Positions 38,601-39,059 of a stretch of 39,059 nt of DNA are shown here, one piece after another (position 1 is the stretch's first letter; each line of letters opens with the position of its first letter). This DNA comes from a virus (lineage: Duplodnaviria; Caudoviricetes), in the IMG/VR virus record IMGVR_UViG_3300020280_000007, positions 1-39,059 of that record. One strand, given 5' to 3'. The notes under the pieces are model-generated. The model ran no database searches. It had not been told where the DNA came from and worked only from the letters and a program-made list of their open reading frames with translations. The translations under genes were made by a program, and so were the position numbers.

Positions 38601-38997
38601 AATCGTTTACGGCATTTTGATTGATGCCTACGTTTGCGATTGCGAAACTATTTGCGTCTAGTGGTCCACCTAATCCTGGTGCTGTGTCAGAAGCAACAGA
38701 AGTTCCTGTAACCGATAATTTAATGTTGTTTGGATCAGAAGTTAAATCTACCGCTATACCTGTACCAGTGATGCCACGCATTGTGATTGCGTTACCCGCC
38801 GAATTAGATACTGGAATTTTATTTGCCCCTAGTGTGCTAGGAGTGTCGCTTAATGAAGTGAAACTGATTTGACCACCTTGTCCAAATACAGCATACAGTT
38901 CAGTGAAGTTTTCATTTACCTTATTAAAGGCATCTCTGATACTATCACCCGTCCCGTCGTTTCCTTCAATACCAATGTTTACAAATTGTTTAGCCAT
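32620..38997 (-). CDS. Very large virion structural/tail fibre protein (2125 aa) with gp10-like N-terminus and C-terminal intramolecular-chaperone-like domain
   Basis: VNIGIEGNDGTGDSIRDAFNKVNENFTELY; pectin-lyase-like ESGIYEE..VPANVSIKGDEFRR segment; C-terminal YADLAE..GVVS..PAYLMN..GRV.CKV..KGD.LVTS..IGKAL. Confidence 0.8.
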   Translation of the reverse strand: MAKQFVNIGIEGNDGTGDSIRDAFNKVNENFTELYAVFGQGGQISFTSLSDTPSTLGANKIPVSNSAGNAITMRGITGTGIAVDLTSDPNNIKLSVTGTSVASDTAPGLGGPLDANSFAIANVGINQNAVNDFNTTHGTNITLDDVVITKGYADLNYLASSGGTGTLGEVRVRPEPANATDYSKTITQFANGDVNIPSHGFSSAANGLAFKYTTTGTAATNLTDNTVYFIRFVDSNHISLHATKSEATNNNDATRVKITVSGGSGTQTLIDNEYDSSLDGFYLSTEAIQRQSAVRRQGDKMAGPLFLSDHPGDLAGSGTPNAQDDLQAATKFYVDNTSYASTKNLFVSTNGDDSMSGVPADKYGRSLSYAYKTIAKACERAQILIDTSPIEPGPYQQTVTYNNGANNSTVSTAAVTTSFTAAQTALRAGMAANKQFITNEVIGYLNNTYPTYFYNVSRCKVDLGLIQDSIVTDVSNGLTANFHSIQSGKRYYSSNSGLKAINQQNTETLAAIAYAKTVTANVLNKTAPSQTYQGKFAVLSDGYSANTFTIFTGANNYVHTYVSGGTVTVGGTTVNVSTATYNNSSGIVTVTTSSPHGAVVGDIVTVANITWSCSLGNKIYPEVVSQDTSFSGTVDQSAKDSAAAKFDIITNIINNYNYNIAQTDGSTYTVTISNGGNGFVDQNATGNKDLVPGKVLRGKTSKALGLIVKVDQGATNDTVEMFLLEAKEFNVSEEVEFGNKVNTTQITIFVESGIYEEHLPIKVPANVSIKGDEFRRTIIRPKAGVSESVWAGVHFFRDTTFDGLTLASQNYGYHYLTDVTNSASAKKNNADMDVFLMNDATIIRNMTIQGHGGFAQVLDPEGQILTKSPYIQTGASFSRVENKKLFRGGMFVDGFVGNMEVTISNIVDAFTLDITSTAGQGLYIRKPQLPAPFYIAGIRYQVTAIKNYDQANGTAQILLASNSNSGNGYTGASPYNIIIQTGGNRSLLANDYTQVNDLGYGLVVTNGALSEQVSTFTYYCEASMFANNGGQIRSLNSSSANGNYGLKAQGSNPNELIDNITLADNMTQTGLIYNPGTTDFAQNTDATALYVFDTEYIPFNLGEVEIDHGGSIGIVRYEISNIETTNAPVQPATRSGTVYKINLSTAGANTTSSTGLKAAVADMQAVTIRNSRSFRFEDVNDVAPTRPSTAIVFDEYTDAIYRSIAFGNQDPIGGALGANEALITMDSPYDTVKMNVNMVEAQNNTYAGAGTTMGATVGDVVIAIDRITQATDVTRLNNGDMIFGWDGKVHRVTSYTDRTTYGTITIQDVNNIQPTPVGSGIHSSMYRASTSVNLRANLADNETGTLTVSISTMRATGHDFLDIGTGGFNTTNYPNVIYGDPQAPVQAYEVVEIGKGRVFYVSTDQDGFFRVGRFFTVDQGTGTVTFSASIALSNLDGIGFKRGVVVAEFSSDSAMTDNASDTVPTESAVRGYVNRRLHFDHQGQVVGNPIGAGAIARDGTTPATNSLSLGGFNINNLADPGADQDAATKSYVDAVNYATDEIRNNRDADFITPLAAGDLLMFNGKFIMYTTPANGGTFSSGQTITGSNSGATGTIIDFVQASIPVYGIATRITYTLTSGTNFNLSDTIDNGGGVTATVFDAAIPAIGNAVVQGSSDVTITADRDATATKLTFDIATGSIINADISTTAAIQQSKLAMNAATTRANSTGITQADLGLASFDSGDFTVTDGWVTLSATGVDYSDLPDLDQFQVIGRTTAGTGDATAVSFSSVVTDGGGIVDGDFGVEVSTAADPGEALIKTGAGTYGFSNVTKSREANSIVKTDADGQIDLAKLALNGNTAFDVDSSKVRLTTQGGVVAYEVIGSTVNNTVHSFIGNQFGFGGADASASTSNDAGSGVNTTPAIASDYIYAKTIEDGAKGTSFTGIVFGNTSTYIQPYDDSTEGKVGIVAGGTTTVIATPHGLIPGGAGGNASTNINMGDSSNRFNTMYATVFDGTATQAQYADLAEKFVADHNYQPGTVLMFGGPEEVTISIGENNRAVAGVVSQKPAYLMNNKLNSENSVELAMMGRVFCKVIGKIRKGDMLVTSKQNGVATSSEEPKLGTVIGKALQSYDRDEIGEIEIVVGKL

Positions 38998-39058
38998 TTA
39001 CTTTTTCCATATCGAACTGAATGCTTTCACCACATCCGCAACTGCTTTTTGCGTTTGG
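38990..39058 (-). CDS. IscA/HesB Fe-S cluster carrier, C-terminal end only
   Basis: Not in track. PNAKSSCGCGESIQFDMEKVNG* contains the CGCGES signature. Confidence 0.85.
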   Translation of the reverse strand, partial: PNAKSSCGCGESIQFDMEKVNG

Positions 39059-39059
39059 A

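Overview
AT-rich, gene-dense fragment of a large T4-related or jumbo-type tailed phage genome. The host is probably a marine Gram-negative bacterium, possibly an alphaproteobacterium (inference). Almost all genes lie on the minus strand; phoH is the only convincing plus-strand gene. In transcription order (right to left): the end of an IscA/HesB gene; a tail/baseplate/fibre block (22-39 kb) that includes a subtilisin protease; a stand-alone N-terminal DnaE (Pol III alpha) piece; GroES, a SET-domain protein, clamp loader, ferredoxin, ThyX, parvulin and PhoH; a lysis-like block (M15 peptidase, two-component spanin, holin candidates); a DnaJ-peptide deformylase-ClpA operon; a ~6.7 kb array of small genes; and the start of a peroxiredoxin. 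Most genes in the small-gene array share an N-terminal M-[KR]-hydrophobic-x-[ED] tag resembling the T4 capsid-targeting sequence, and several carry very basic two-cysteine modules after Glu-ending acidic linkers. Manual translation gave 12 ORFs missing from the supplied track, including a 35-aa, 12-Cys metallothionein-like peptide. Two promoter classes are visible (sigma70-like and T4-late-like TAAATA), several placed to give leaderless mRNAs. No tRNA, rRNA, CRISPR array or mobile element was recognised. All functional calls rest on motif recognition; no database search was run.
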